A stretch of 63,646 nucleotides of DNA, counting the filler, from Licmophora abbreviata (lineage: Eukaryota): NCBI GenBank assembly GCA_900291995.1. It is 13 parts of 13 records of this genome, joined end to end, with 100 filler letters (N's around TTAATTAATTAA, not from the genome) between each part and the next. Parts side by side here need not be neighbours in the genome. Positions count along the whole stretch, not along the records: positions 22,562 to 24,759 come from OLMU01005622.1; positions 24,860 to 27,712 come from OLMU01005623.1; positions 27,813 to 36,126 come from OLMU01005624.1; 10 more parts are not named here. The stretch is one strand, 5' to 3'. Of the stretch, positions 22,562-33,173 are shown one piece after another. The notes below the pieces were generated by a model. It was not told the origin of the DNA and ran no database searches. It was given only the letters and a program-made list of their open reading frames with translations. The first letter of the stretch is position 1; the number at the start of each line of letters is the position of its first letter. The translations under genes were made by a program, and so were the position numbers.

Positions 22562-24759
22562 AGGTGTTGATCATGCTCTCGTCACTGGTATCATTGCTGA
22601 TGCCCGCCTCCTCCGGGACAGCATCACCTGAATTACCGCCGATCATCCCACAGGTGCCGTCACTCCTTTGTACAACTGTCATGACCTCGTCATGCCACGC
22701 TCGCGCGGCTGCATTGTCGCTCCAGTTGTGAGAACTGGGCACATCAAATGTACCGACAGTAGAAGCGTTCGTCATTTCTGTGGATGTGGAGATGCCCTCG
22801 TTGTTGCCGATATGAGCGGCAGAGTCAGCATTGAAGTGTCCCGCCTCCTCCGGGACAGCATCACCTGAATGACCGTTGATTATCCCATAGGTGCCGTCAC
22901 TCCTTTGTACAACTGTCATGACCTCGTCAGGCCTCGCTCGCGCAGCTGCATTGTCGCTCGAACTGGGCACATCAGAGTTCATCCTCCTTCGCATGTGCAC
23001 CTCTTCGCTCATCCTTTCTGTAGGTTGCTCCTCCACACTCATCCTCTCCAAAGACTTGGACACGCTCTCCACACTCAAATTTTTGCCGCTGAGGAGATCT
23101 TGATCAGATTGGGCCTCCACTGCATTCAAGGTCGAATTGGAATCGGTTGGTGCAGGAGTCTCGAAGTCGACTGGCGATCCGCCTCTACTCCCCACCGAAT
23201 CATCGGAGTTAGTAGAATTATCGGAGGGTTCCTTCAAATCGCGATGCATTTGAGAGATTTTGTTATAAACGGTAGCAGGATTAACCTCGGCCCACTTGTC
23301 GTCCTTCTGCTGTTTCAGGAAATTTCCTCCCAGTTCATAAACCGCATCTCTGATGCTGCGCACGAAGCGAGGCTTTCGCTTGTCACCCTCCTCAAGTCCA
23401 AGACGGTGAGACTCCTTTGCCACCAACTTGCGGGCGACCTATTCCATGAAAGTCAGGGTGCACGAATGTGAGTTGAGACACAGTGTCTGGGCCCAAAGCG
23501 TTGCTTACAGTTCACGTACCCTATTCGCCAGGTGATTGAAGTTGCATCTCCCTCTTCCACAGCGAACGTCTATTGGGCTCGGTTCGTCCACAACTGTCTC
23601 TGTCCGTGGTCTCTCATGTAAGGCGGAGTTAGGATTCTCGTACAATCTTTGCACGATGGGACGCATCTCGTTCAGTAATTTCATGTAGTCGTTGTCTTCA
23701 TGTTCGGCTGCTGGTTCGACCGGTTTGTTGACGTTTTCATTCCGCCCGCTCGTGCGTGCATTCTTCCTCCGGAGTTTTTCCCTCTCTTCGTACTCGCTGA
23801 GGATGAACCAACCGTTTTCATCAAAGCCGACAAATCTACCTTCATTCTTACCTCCTTTACTGTACTTCTGGGTACCTGGATGCGCTGTCCACCGGTCGGT
23901 CAAGCTTCTCCCACACACAACATCTTCATTCGTTAGTTTCAACTCCTCATAAGTCACATATCTGTCACGACGCTCACGCATTCTCCGCAACTTCTTCTTG
24001 ATGGCGTCGGTGTCCATTGTCTGCGTGCCTTGGGAGGTAACGTGGAGGAAACGACCACCAAGCCTGGTCCACTGCTCGATGATGGTGTCGTCCGAGACTT
24101 GCGGATTGGCGTCGAAGAGGGTTAGGAAGAAATCTAAGAAAATTTTATTTCCCAAATGATTGATCCAACGATCTGCCCCCACGCGGGCACTGACAGTATC
24201 GATGTGTCCTGGGTTAACGAAGCTGCCGTCGGAAGGCAACTGGATGTCGCCAACCTCGACTGGCGCCTAGTGTCGCAAAAGCAGGTGGCGAGGATGAGGC
24301 GAGTTGACAATGGAGGAGTTTATGAGAAAGTCAGAGACTTACGTGATCATCGGAATTGTCATCAGAGTCGAACGAGACAAGGTTATCGTCTGCGAGATCA
24401 TTCTCATCATTTTTCAAAGCGATTGAGGCCACATCCGCACCGGTAGCTTCTGCCGGACCGTTTGACCGGTACGTTGCCGACATGAGCACTGTCACCGTCG
24501 GTGGCCCTCCTGTATGCTCTGATGCTGCAAGCTGACGCTCGATTTCAGCGCGAACATAGGCAATGACTGTAAGGTCACCCCGCTGAACAGGAAAGTGGAT
24601 ATCAAAATCACCGTTCCTTAGCATTGCGTTGAGGATGTCGTGGTGGAGACCGGATGGGGATCGCAAAGCAACCTGAAGCTCAAGGCTGAGTACTTCCTCT
24701 AGATTGGGATCCACAAGCCGTGTTTCCCTGTTGTACACAAGGTGAATGGGGGTCCTAAG
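22562..24759 (-). CDS. Multi-DUF6824 protein, partial at both ends; introns 24240-24342 and 23439-23519
   Basis: Three DUF6824-like units (SARVGADRWINHLGN...GGRFL; DVVCGRS...HPG; DVRCGRGRCNFNHLAN...GGNFLK...W...KISQMHRD). Phase-0 introns GTAAGT...ATCCAG and GTACGT...GAATAG join three ORFs. Confidence 0.75.
22603..22974. repeat. Direct repeat of about 140 bp (22603-22746 and 22840-22974) inside the DUF6824 gene
   Basis: Both copies encode SDNAAARA..DEVMTVVQRSDGT.G.I.G.SGDAVPEEAG, and the DNA is near-identical. Confidence 0.9.
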
Positions 24760-25150
24760 NNNNNNNNNNNNNNNNNNNNNNNNNNNNNNNNNNNNNNNNN
24801 NNNTTAATTAATTAANNNNNNNNNNNNNNNNNNNNNNNNNNNNNNNNNNNNNNNNNNNNCGGCATCCAACAAACGCCCTAAAGTGACGCCATCACCCGCC
24901 GCCGCCCCCACCACTTCCGCTACTAGTTCTACCACGACGCCACTGTCTACCTTGGCCGCCGCCGCCGCCCTCCTCACTGTACCTACGCCCTCTGTCTCCT
25001 CCCAGGCGGCTCTTGGGCAGTATCAGGCGGCTCGCTCAAAAAAGGCACTGTCTGTGGAGGTGTCAATTTCTTCGATTGAGCGCTGGCTCCGTTTCGAATC
25101 TTCTGTGCAGCCACTGAATCGCAACTCCTCGGCTTCCTCCATGATGCGTT

Positions 25151-26893
25151 TTGCCCGTCGCAATTTTACTGCTGTGTCCTATGCTCCCCGCAGGCCTTCT
25201 ACTGGTCACACCTCCCGTCTTGCTGCTGTTGCACCCATCATATATCACGGACTATGCGCAACGTATGGAGTTCATCAAAGCAAACCAAAACACGCTTCGT
25301 GTACCAGGGGACCTTCACGCCCTCCGGTTCCATCAGCTTGGACCAATCTTTCAATGTTTCTTTGGCGGTTTTCTGCAGCCAATACTAATTGCGCTGGGCT
25401 GGAAACGCATTGATCATCAACGTATAGAGAAATGCTACCAGCAAGCATCACTGTTTGTCACGCTTGTGTATTGGGAATGCCATCGGCAACTTCATGACGC
25501 TTTTGTTGCTTCCCTTAGCAATGCTCAGTGGGCAGACATTACAAAGTTGGTGGAAGACAACGAGGCTGAAGGATTGGCCGCGTTACTGGCAGAATTGTAT
25601 CCTACATGGCAGGAGGAACGCCTGGAGTTGACTAGTGACGAGGAACGGAGACGTGTACTTTTGTTTTGCAAGGCCATGCGCTACTACAGGCTTGCTTGTG
25701 ACTCCATGAGTACTGGCGATGCATGCGCGGTTGAGGCTTGCTACAGTGTTGCTGCAACCATGTGGTGCGCCTTGCGGAAGCGAATCAACTTTGAGATTGC
25801 ACTGGTGCAAATGGATGATTGGTATTCAGAGGCACCGTACTGGATGTTACAGGTCATGCGGGACAACAGGTTTGGCCCCATCCATGATCCCGAACAGGAC
25901 GGCGTGAAGGAATTTAGCCTTGACGGGCTAATTGAGCATCTTCAATGGAAGCAGAAGTGTTTGTCTTTTGGCGCAACTGAAGAGAGTTGGCAGGAACGCA
26001 GTACAAACGTAATGCTGTTTCTTCGGGCGCATGCCTTTGCCACACGCCATTATCATGCCTTTCAGGATGTAGCGGCATATGATGCATGGAAGGATGGAAA
26101 TGAGCCAAACGTCGACCAAGGGGACAAGCGCAAGGATTCAACGAAACCAAAATGGGAGACTGAGCGTGCTATAATAGCCGAATGCCTGACCCTGTCTGAA
26201 GTAGTATGTCAAGAGAAACCTGGTCGACAGCTGCGGTTGAACATCATTTGGGATATTCTTCCGTCCATTTCGACTGTCCGCGAACAAGCGGCGAGTGCCG
26301 GGAGTGCCATACACGGACTTGAGCGTGCGGTCGATGATACCGTTGACCAAATGCTGAATGAAGAGTCGCTGGAGGACACATCCGACAATGTGATATTGAC
26401 AAATGATAGCGAAGAAGGCGAGGAGACGCTGCATGAAACGGAGGAGGCCTGTGCTATCGACGATGCACTGGAGGAGGTGGACGTTGCCAATGAAATGGAA
26501 GCGATGGAAGGTGAAGGAGACGCGGAGGAGGTGGACGATTACATTGGCCTCAATGAAGATGAAACTAGGGGCGCAGAGGATGACTGTGAATCGATTGTCG
26601 AGGTTGGACAGGCGAAACGACAGGCTAGAGTGCGGAAAGTAGAGTTGAATCCCATGGCCCTGACGGATGTTTTCAAAGTGGGACAGGCAAAAATGAGCAC
26701 AATGAAGCTTGTAGCAACACGGCAACGGCGGAGGAAACGCCATGCACGAGAACAAAAGTATCTTCAGGACAACCTTATTGTAAGTCTACAAGCAACGCAA
26801 GCATCTGGAATGTCTCCAGTTGCACAGATTATCACCCATATACCAGTAGAGCCGACAATCACAGCAACTATGCGAGAACAGTTATGGACTTAA
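25151..26893 (+). CDS. DUF6589/Academ-transposase-like protein (5' part missing or disrupted)
   Basis: VPGDLH..FH.L..IF..FFGGFLQP....LGWKRI motif, a helical region with GDA, FSLDGLIEHLQ and a long acidic tail. An in-frame TGA lies at 25142, just upstream. Confidence 0.55.
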   Translation: MPVAILLLCPMLPAGLLLVTPPVLLLLHPSYITDYAQRMEFIKANQNTLRVPGDLHALRFHQLGPIFQCFFGGFLQPILIALGWKRIDHQRIEKCYQQASLFVTLVYWECHRQLHDAFVASLSNAQWADITKLVEDNEAEGLAALLAELYPTWQEERLELTSDEERRRVLLFCKAMRYYRLACDSMSTGDACAVEACYSVAATMWCALRKRINFEIALVQMDDWYSEAPYWMLQVMRDNRFGPIHDPEQDGVKEFSLDGLIEHLQWKQKCLSFGATEESWQERSTNVMLFLRAHAFATRHYHAFQDVAAYDAWKDGNEPNVDQGDKRKDSTKPKWETERAIIAECLTLSEVVCQEKPGRQLRLNIIWDILPSISTVREQAASAGSAIHGLERAVDDTVDQMLNEESLEDTSDNVILTNDSEEGEETLHETEEACAIDDALEEVDVANEMEAMEGEGDAEEVDDYIGLNEDETRGAEDDCESIVEVGQAKRQARVRKVELNPMALTDVFKVGQAKMSTMKLVATRQRRRKRHAREQKYLQDNLIVSLQATQASGMSPVAQIITHIPVEPTITATMREQLWT

Positions 26894-27655
26894 ATTAGGA
26901 ATACGGTCCCATGTTGCATCACAATCTAGAAGTAGTTCAGCATCAGCGGTTGTTCCAAGGCGAGCCAGTAATCTTGGATGCGAGCGGGATTCGTCGTCGT
27001 CTGCAAAATCTACCTTGTATGAAAGGATCCCCGCGACAAGCAATTGCAGGACCATTCGTTTAATCTTGCGTGGCTGTGGAGACTGTGATATGGTATGACC
27101 CCAGATGCTAGCATTGTAGCGCTTGACACGAAACTGGTCGACGAAGGTAGTGTCCAGAATAAGAGAGGGTGCGGCATTGGGACCAAGAAAGATCTCCAAC
27201 AGGGCTTGTCGTAATCCCGTCCGGCTGACCTTGTGGAACTGCTTCATGACGGAGCCATCACAAAACGAACACGCTGGCATTTCCGAAGGGCAACCCGCCA
27301 CAAGGTCTTGCGAATCCACCACGGCAAATGGATTCTGCAACGTTTTTGCAAATGCCAGTAGTAAACAACATCGCGGGAGAACCAGTATCATAGCAAGGTC
27401 ATTCAAGTTGGAAAGCAAAGTTGCACGGTATTCATCAGCAGACAGGAAGCTGTCAGAAAGTGTCATGTCAGGACCCTCCGGCTGATAGGCACGGAGCACC
27501 AACCTAATGTATGACTCCAGCGAAATCAGCACATGGTAGGAGTCATTGGCACTTGGAGGGCGACGGCCCCTCCCTCCAGCACGACCGCGTTCCTGCCATA
27601 AGGAAGTCACACTGGTAGGAAAGTCAGGGGAAACAACAGCATAGATGTGGCTGTT
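26882..27655 (-). CDS. C-terminal part of a RecQ-like SF2 helicase
   Basis: In-frame IYAVVSPDFPTSVTSLWQERGRAG (motif VI, QExGRAGR-like), followed by a Zn-binding C...CP....CSFC and a helical C-terminus. Confidence 0.75.
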   Translation of the reverse strand, partial: NSHIYAVVSPDFPTSVTSLWQERGRAGGRGRRPPSANDSYHVLISLESYIRLVLRAYQPEGPDMTLSDSFLSADEYRATLLSNLNDLAMILVLPRCCLLLAFAKTLQNPFAVVDSQDLVAGCPSEMPACSFCDGSVMKQFHKVSRTGLRQALLEIFLGPNAAPSLILDTTFVDQFRVKRYNASIWGHTISQSPQPRKIKRMVLQLLVAGILSYKVDFADDDESRSHPRLLARLGTTADAELLLDCDATWDRIPNLSP

Positions 27656-27883
27656 TTAGCCGAACGCGTCTGTTTCTTTTTCTGATGAGTCTTGGAGGAC
27701 TGGGAGGGTGGTNNNNNNNNNNNNNNNNNNNNNNNNNNNNNNNNNNNNNNNNNNNNTTAATTAATTAANNNNNNNNNNNNNNNNNNNNNNNNNNNNNNNN
27801 NNNNNNNNNNNNGTTGTGATCCTACAGATTGTCATCTCTACGACTACTCGTAGAGTTCCTTTTTTGCGGGAGGCCGTTGGCAT

Positions 27884-28228
27884 GTGCTCATCGTTTGGCC
27901 ATGGAAGCTCGAGCAGCTCCAGAGAAAGTTGGACGAAGCCTACGGCAGCAAACGAGTTGACGCCTACGGCAGCGAGCCTGAGGCCCGTATGAGAGAAGAG
28001 CTGGAACGCAACATGGCTCGGTCTCGCCTCCTGACGATTGCCGCCCTCGTGGAAGAAGTGTTAGAAAACATTGGAGGTATCATCATGGCCGTTGCTACCC
28101 TTCGAAGTGAGGACGTCACCGCCTTTCTATACATCTTATCTCTTGTCTCGCTTGGTTTGTCTGGCCTGTCCGGTATTTTCGAAACCGGACTTTTCGTTGC
28201 CAAACTAGCGAATGTGAAGGAAGAATGA
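27884..28228 (+). CDS. C-terminal fragment of a membrane protein of unknown function
   Basis: Two or three hydrophobic segments at the contig start. The 5' end is unclear. Confidence 0.4.
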   Translation: MLIVWPWKLEQLQRKLDEAYGSKRVDAYGSEPEARMREELERNMARSRLLTIAALVEEVLENIGGIIMAVATLRSEDVTAFLYILSLVSLGLSGLSGIFETGLFVAKLANVKEE

Positions 28229-28610
28229 CAAGCAGCTTCTTTTTCCGTTTTTGATAAAGTACGTCCTGTAAACGGGAAGTACAGTGTACATAAGATTTGT
28301 TTCATCGCAGATTCTACTAGTATCTTGGAGACCACCGGTGTTATTTGCCGCTCATACTCGGTACGAGTTGCACTCTAGAGACTGCCCTACCAGGTCGCGT
28401 CTTGAAAACAGACTAGCTTCACGACGCTTCTCTGCATCACTACTTCAGACCCCCATGCTGCACACCGACAGGCGACGGAAAGAGTATGAGGCCGGCATCA
28501 TACGTAGGTGGGGGTTCAAGTGCCGCACGTTCTCCGGGGCACCGTCTCTATCTGGATCGCGGTTGACATAACCTGCGCTTGATGATGAGTCGTCGGCTCG
28601 ACTTGCAGAA

Positions 28611-29456
28611 CTACTTTCTCAGTTTCTTTGTCTTGACCAAGTCTGCCAAGTCCGGTCCCATCTGTTCCAGCGACATGCCTGCAAACTCCTCCAGCGACTG
28701 TACATCATTGACATAGGCAAACTTATTCCGCGTTTCTTCCGCAACAAAGACTAGAAAACCTTGAATGATCTTTTGCAACCAGTTCGGCACAGGAAACATG
28801 ACGCTTCGAAAGAGCGTTTCGGGATAATTGGCCTCCATGATGGCATTGACCTTTTGGAGAAACTTGAGCGGCGGCGAGCGAATTCCAGAAACATCCAGGA
28901 GAACGACAAACTGTTGGGTGTCGAAGGAAGGACCAAACCTGGGAATCACATGATGTTCCAAAAGATAGACGAGGGCCGCAATCTCCTCTTCTACGATATA
29001 ATCCATTTCCTTGAAACGATGCAAGCAATACAGAATGACCGGTCTTCCTTCCGCATCGCATTCGTCCAACATGTAAAACTTCCGCGTGGCGAGTGTGGCC
29101 TGGATGGCAGCTGTTTGGTTGGCAATGTTTGGAAGCGTCGTTTCTCTCCAGTGGACGTGATCCTCGTACATGGAGATTGCCTTTCCTACATTGTAGTCAC
29201 GAGCCTTTAAGAATCGCACTAGATCGTGTGTGGCAGTCGTTGGAAAGCGTTCCTGCATGGCTTGTAGTTCGGCGCTGTGGCTCTGCTGGATCTGAAGGAT
29301 ACTTGGACGGGACATGGATGCCCGGCGCACAACGACTTCGTTCTGACTCTTGTTCGTGCTCAGCCAGTATCCGCCCTCGTCCTCCAGCATGGAACTCTCT
29401 GCGACTGACATGATTCTTCTTGAATGCCCGCTTGTGAATGGAAAAGGAACTCCCAC
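28611..29456 (-). CDS. CRAL-TRIO (Sec14-like) lipid-binding protein
   Basis: DLVRFLKARDYNV.KA..M......WR, DAEGRPVI, VVLLDVSG, ANYPETL, ETRNKF. The start may be the second Met (29411). Confidence 0.9.
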   Translation of the reverse strand: MGVPFPFTSGHSRRIMSVAESSMLEDEGGYWLSTNKSQNEVVVRRASMSRPSILQIQQSHSAELQAMQERFPTTATHDLVRFLKARDYNVGKAISMYEDHVHWRETTLPNIANQTAAIQATLATRKFYMLDECDAEGRPVILYCLHRFKEMDYIVEEEIAALVYLLEHHVIPRFGPSFDTQQFVVLLDVSGIRSPPLKFLQKVNAIMEANYPETLFRSVMFPVPNWLQKIIQGFLVFVAEETRNKFAYVNDVQSLEEFAGMSLEQMGPDLADLVKTKKLRK

Positions 29457-29930
29457 GACAGCTACAAAGTGTGATGGTTGTCGTGAAAATGAAACGGACT
29501 TCAGACTTCACATCCATTTTCGAAGAAAACCCGGAAGTCGTCTTGGAGGTCCGTGTCATAGCCGTTCGAACTTGTCTCCGTTGTTCCGATCGGCACATTA
29601 CACCAGGTACCATACATGACGACGTCAGGATCACATCAATACGATAACGATGACTGCTATGTACTATCATATCACACCAGTTTTTGCCGTTTTGAATCTC
29701 CCACGATACCTCTAGTAGAGTCGGTATCGACTTCTCTACCACTGACACTTCTACGTGTGTTGCGGTGTCGATCGATGCTGATCGGCATCACCATGCGATC
29801 GAGTCGCAGGAAGCTTTTCGCTTTGGACGGTACTCAATACTATACACTCTTCACAGTCTGATACGAGTCCCACGAGAAGACGACAAGTCTCATGAGGCGA
29901 GTCTGTCTTTGGTTACCGTCACAGTGCCCC

Positions 29931-31127
29931 TTATGAGGTCTCCGACTCGCACATGGGAAAGTTCTCGGGCTCGCGGCTTTCCAACTGCTTCAAGAGGCAT
30001 TGGTTCTCCGAGAGGGCCTCTCGGATTTCTTCGTAGTTCGTCAGATACTTTGACAAGTCGTCCGAGACACGTTTATAACTCACTGGCTGCTCCTTCAGCT
30101 TCGCAAGTGAACCTTCGTCGAGGGGAGATCCAATGTAGTCCCCGAGCGCAGCCAATTCTCCAGACAAGTCGTGCTGCATGCCCTCGTAGCTCAGGCAAAA
30201 CAGTCGGCCATCTCCATATGTCTGAGACACTCGTGCAGCAGCATGTATCAATTCTTTTTGCTCCTTTTCATAGTGTCTTGCCATGTTCTCTACGTTGCGC
30301 GGGTGTATCGTGAGTTGTTGGTGTGCGAGATCTTTGGTACACGGGTCATCGGCTCGCATATTGTGTTTGTTTCCACAAGGATCCGACTCGGCCCTCCGGG
30401 CCTTACTTGACAGCACCTGCTTCACTATATTGGTCCGCACCAGCAGCCCGACTGCGAGGTCAGGTACCGCTCGAAAGAGCTTCTCCCACCCCTCTTCCTC
30501 CATTTTGGCGTGTGGATAGGTGACTGTGAGCTCGGGAACGAACACATGTACATCCATGTCGGCGACCATGACGCCTAGCTCGCTTGCGTCTCTCCCGGCA
30601 GTGACAGAGCAGGCTCCATCCAAACCCGTTCTGTTTTTCATAGATGACAGTGTGGTGCCATTCGTAGTACGGGAGAAAAATTCAATCAGCCAGTCGGTGA
30701 ATTCAGCAGACGACTGAGTACAATGTTCGGGTTCATGCGCATACATGACCTGGAGACCAGACTGCAGCTTCAGTTCGTTGATGCTCCATGCGAGCCAGGT
30801 GCTCCCGGAACGAGCCCTCTTGAAGATAAGCATGGGTCGATTCTTCCTATCAGATGGGTTTCCCCGTGAACAGTGAGGGTGTAAATCTGGTGGACCTTGG
30901 TACAGAGTCTTCTCACTGTCTGCTGCAGACTTTATATCTTGCAGTCGGAGCCTGGCTTCCTCAGAATGACTACTGCCGATTGGAGCAAGATAGAGAAGGA
31001 CGGCAGCGGCGCCCAGAACCAAGCACAACAGAACCTTCCGCGTGCTGGCCGTCAGGGCTGCAAACGAACCGCGGCGGTGCTGCGTGGGGGCACCCAGCAG
31101 GTAGGTACCTGGTACAGGCACTGTCAT
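29931..31127 (-). CDS. Type II membrane (Golgi) sulfotransferase, Stf0-like
   Basis: N-terminal TM, 5'-PSB motif ARSGSTWL, HEP, 3'-PB motif VRTNIVKQVLS, and LSYEG. Confidence 0.8.
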   Translation of the reverse strand: MTVPVPGTYLLGAPTQHRRGSFAALTASTRKVLLCLVLGAAAVLLYLAPIGSSHSEEARLRLQDIKSAADSEKTLYQGPPDLHPHCSRGNPSDRKNRPMLIFKRARSGSTWLAWSINELKLQSGLQVMYAHEPEHCTQSSAEFTDWLIEFFSRTTNGTTLSSMKNRTGLDGACSVTAGRDASELGVMVADMDVHVFVPELTVTYPHAKMEEEGWEKLFRAVPDLAVGLLVRTNIVKQVLSSKARRAESDPCGNKHNMRADDPCTKDLAHQQLTIHPRNVENMARHYEKEQKELIHAAARVSQTYGDGRLFCLSYEGMQHDLSGELAALGDYIGSPLDEGSLAKLKEQPVSYKRVSDDLSKYLTNYEEIREALSENQCLLKQLESREPENFPMCESETS

Positions 31128-31794
31128 CTGAGACTGTAAGAAAATAACGCTTCAGTACTAGTATTGCCGAATGAAACAAACAAGGGGAAGCACGCCTGTA
31201 CTGTGCTGTACTGTGCTGGTGGCGAAGAGAAGGATAGAGAGTGAAATGTGCAGGTATGATACGGCCTGTTCGACTTCAAATGTTGTGTCGACGTCAAATC
31301 ACACTGTATGTGAAATAGTGAGGAGCGACGACAGACGGCGACGAGAGCAACAACGCGCGAGGGCAAGCTAGACTCCAAGGTAGACTACCTCCACTTTTCA
31401 GCGCCTGAACTCTCAACGGGGGACAACATCCATCACCTTCTGCATTCGAAGCCGCCTCTCGGCCGGACGATGAGAGTACGCCGATGTCAGTTACGTGACG
31501 CTTCCTCTTTGCCTCTCTCCGCTGGACGGGACACAACGCCACTACATCTAAATTCAAGACCTCCTCTTGGGTCAACGCAGTGCCGTCTCTAGCCATTCAT
31601 TCTCACTATTTAAAGTATTAACGATGTAGCTTACGAAGGTCACTCTGGTTCGTTAACCAGGCTTTTTACCGCATGCTACGCCTCGGCTCCTCTTATTGCT
31701 GGGTCTAAAATCTATTCTCCTCAAAACAACGACAATCCATCATCATCATCATCATCACTGCCATAACATGGGCACGACTTTATATCACTTCAGC

Positions 31795-32724
31795 TTACAT
31801 AAAAACACCAATGGCAACCAGCGGTAGACCAATCCATGAGGACAGTCCTCGTATACTGCTGCCTCCACTATCCTGTCCTCCCACTGGATCGACGTTGGGT
31901 GTATCGACGAGAGGCGGATCGTCAACTCGTTCCACACACTCGAATCCAGTAGACTCGTCTCCAACACACATTTCAAATCTTCGATCACATCCAGCATGCG
32001 TCTTCGTATCACATGTACATTCATTTTGCCAACAATTAGACGATGCACAGTCATCATCACTCTCACACATCTCTCCCGTCGGCACATAACACAATGGCAG
32101 TTGTTCCTCAAATGGCTCACGTCGAACCGCACACTCTTCTGTGAGAGCGCATCCTTGGTTGGTTCTCGGATGACACGTACAGACCCGGCCTCTCGTCCCC
32201 GCAAAGCAATTCTGCGTTTCACACTGTTCATTGACTTGACACGTCATGCCCGTCGCCAAGGACCCTTCATCAATCGTGACACACTCGGGATATCCCAAGA
32301 GCGCGTCCGGGAGACAGACTTGTTCCGGACTGCATCCCAGATGGTTCACCGGATCGCAACGACACATTCCCGCATCACAGTTCTGCGAATGACAGTCCCC
32401 CGCAGGGATGAGTTCGTCGTTGAAGCGCCGCGAGATGACATTGCACGCTGTACCCACGGGCAGGCCGCATCTGGGAAAGCTACTTCCAAAGGCATCCTCG
32501 TAGTCGCATGTTTCAATGCCACGCACACAGCCATCGTGATTCGTGGGGTTGCAGGTACAGATCCCGATCTTTCCAAAATCAGGATCCATAGGGTGGTGGC
32601 ACAAGAGGCCATCGACGCAGTCGTTGTGTGACAAGCAGGCGGCATTCATGTCGGCGGCGGAAGCGGACCGCAAGACGGACGATGAAAGAGTGAGGAAGAA
32701 TACTAGAGCAGGGAGGCGCCGCAT
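31795..32724 (-). CDS. Secreted or GPI-anchored Cys-rich repeat protein
   Basis: Signal peptide MRRLPALVFFLTLSSSVLRSASA, four units centred on C.C.P.(N)H.GC, and a C-terminal small-residue site plus hydrophobic tail. Confidence 0.75.
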   Translation of the reverse strand: MRRLPALVFFLTLSSSVLRSASAADMNAACLSHNDCVDGLLCHHPMDPDFGKIGICTCNPTNHDGCVRGIETCDYEDAFGSSFPRCGLPVGTACNVISRRFNDELIPAGDCHSQNCDAGMCRCDPVNHLGCSPEQVCLPDALLGYPECVTIDEGSLATGMTCQVNEQCETQNCFAGTRGRVCTCHPRTNQGCALTEECAVRREPFEEQLPLCYVPTGEMCESDDDCASSNCWQNECTCDTKTHAGCDRRFEMCVGDESTGFECVERVDDPPLVDTPNVDPVGGQDSGGSSIRGLSSWIGLPLVAIGVFM

Positions 32725-33173
32725 GGTGAAAGTATATGACTGTAGCTGGTAGCTGATGGATCTATCTGTCTGACGGGACAGTGAGTGCGATTGCAAGAAA
32801 CGATGGGCGAAATGATAAGTGCATTTTATCTGCGAGAAAGCGACGCAGAGAGATGCCAACGAACAGAAAAAAGTGAGCGTCGACGGCCGTTTGGCCGTTG
32901 TTTTGTGTCGTTGGGAATTCAAATTTTGTAAGAGCTCAGACCTCGAAGGAGTCATATGGTAGGTACCGTGCGTCTAACTTGGTTAATGTGTGACGGATCG
33001 TACTTATGGATCGTGTCGGCAAGCAGTCATTGGGAAGAACCAGTGAGAAGTTCCAAATCCAGTGCAAACACGAACAAAATGCCCGTGCGTTGCGCGTGAA
33101 GTCAAGGCACTCTCACAACTTTACACTTTGAAGTTATTGTCTTGTCTTTGAAAGTCTTCGCATCGTTTGGACC

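Larger units (their letters stand above)
24860..27712. mobile_element. Probable AcademH-like DNA transposon fragment (transposase-like ORF convergent with RecQ-like helicase ORF); termini not in contig
   Basis: The whole contig consists of two tail-to-tail ORFs overlapping by 12 bp, and both contig ends are gaps, as expected for a collapsed repeat. No TIR or TSD is visible. Confidence 0.5.

Noticed and set aside
24883..25413. 176-aa Ala/Thr/Ser-rich ORF as a separate gene
   Set aside because: It is low-complexity GCC-rich sequence at a contig edge overlapping the transposase-like ORF. At most it is a frameshifted upstream part of that ORF.
19977..27812. Ankyrin, kinase, DUF6824 and transposase/helicase genes as one cargo-carrying element
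   Set aside because: The genes sit on three contigs separated by artificial spacers, so physical linkage cannot be shown.
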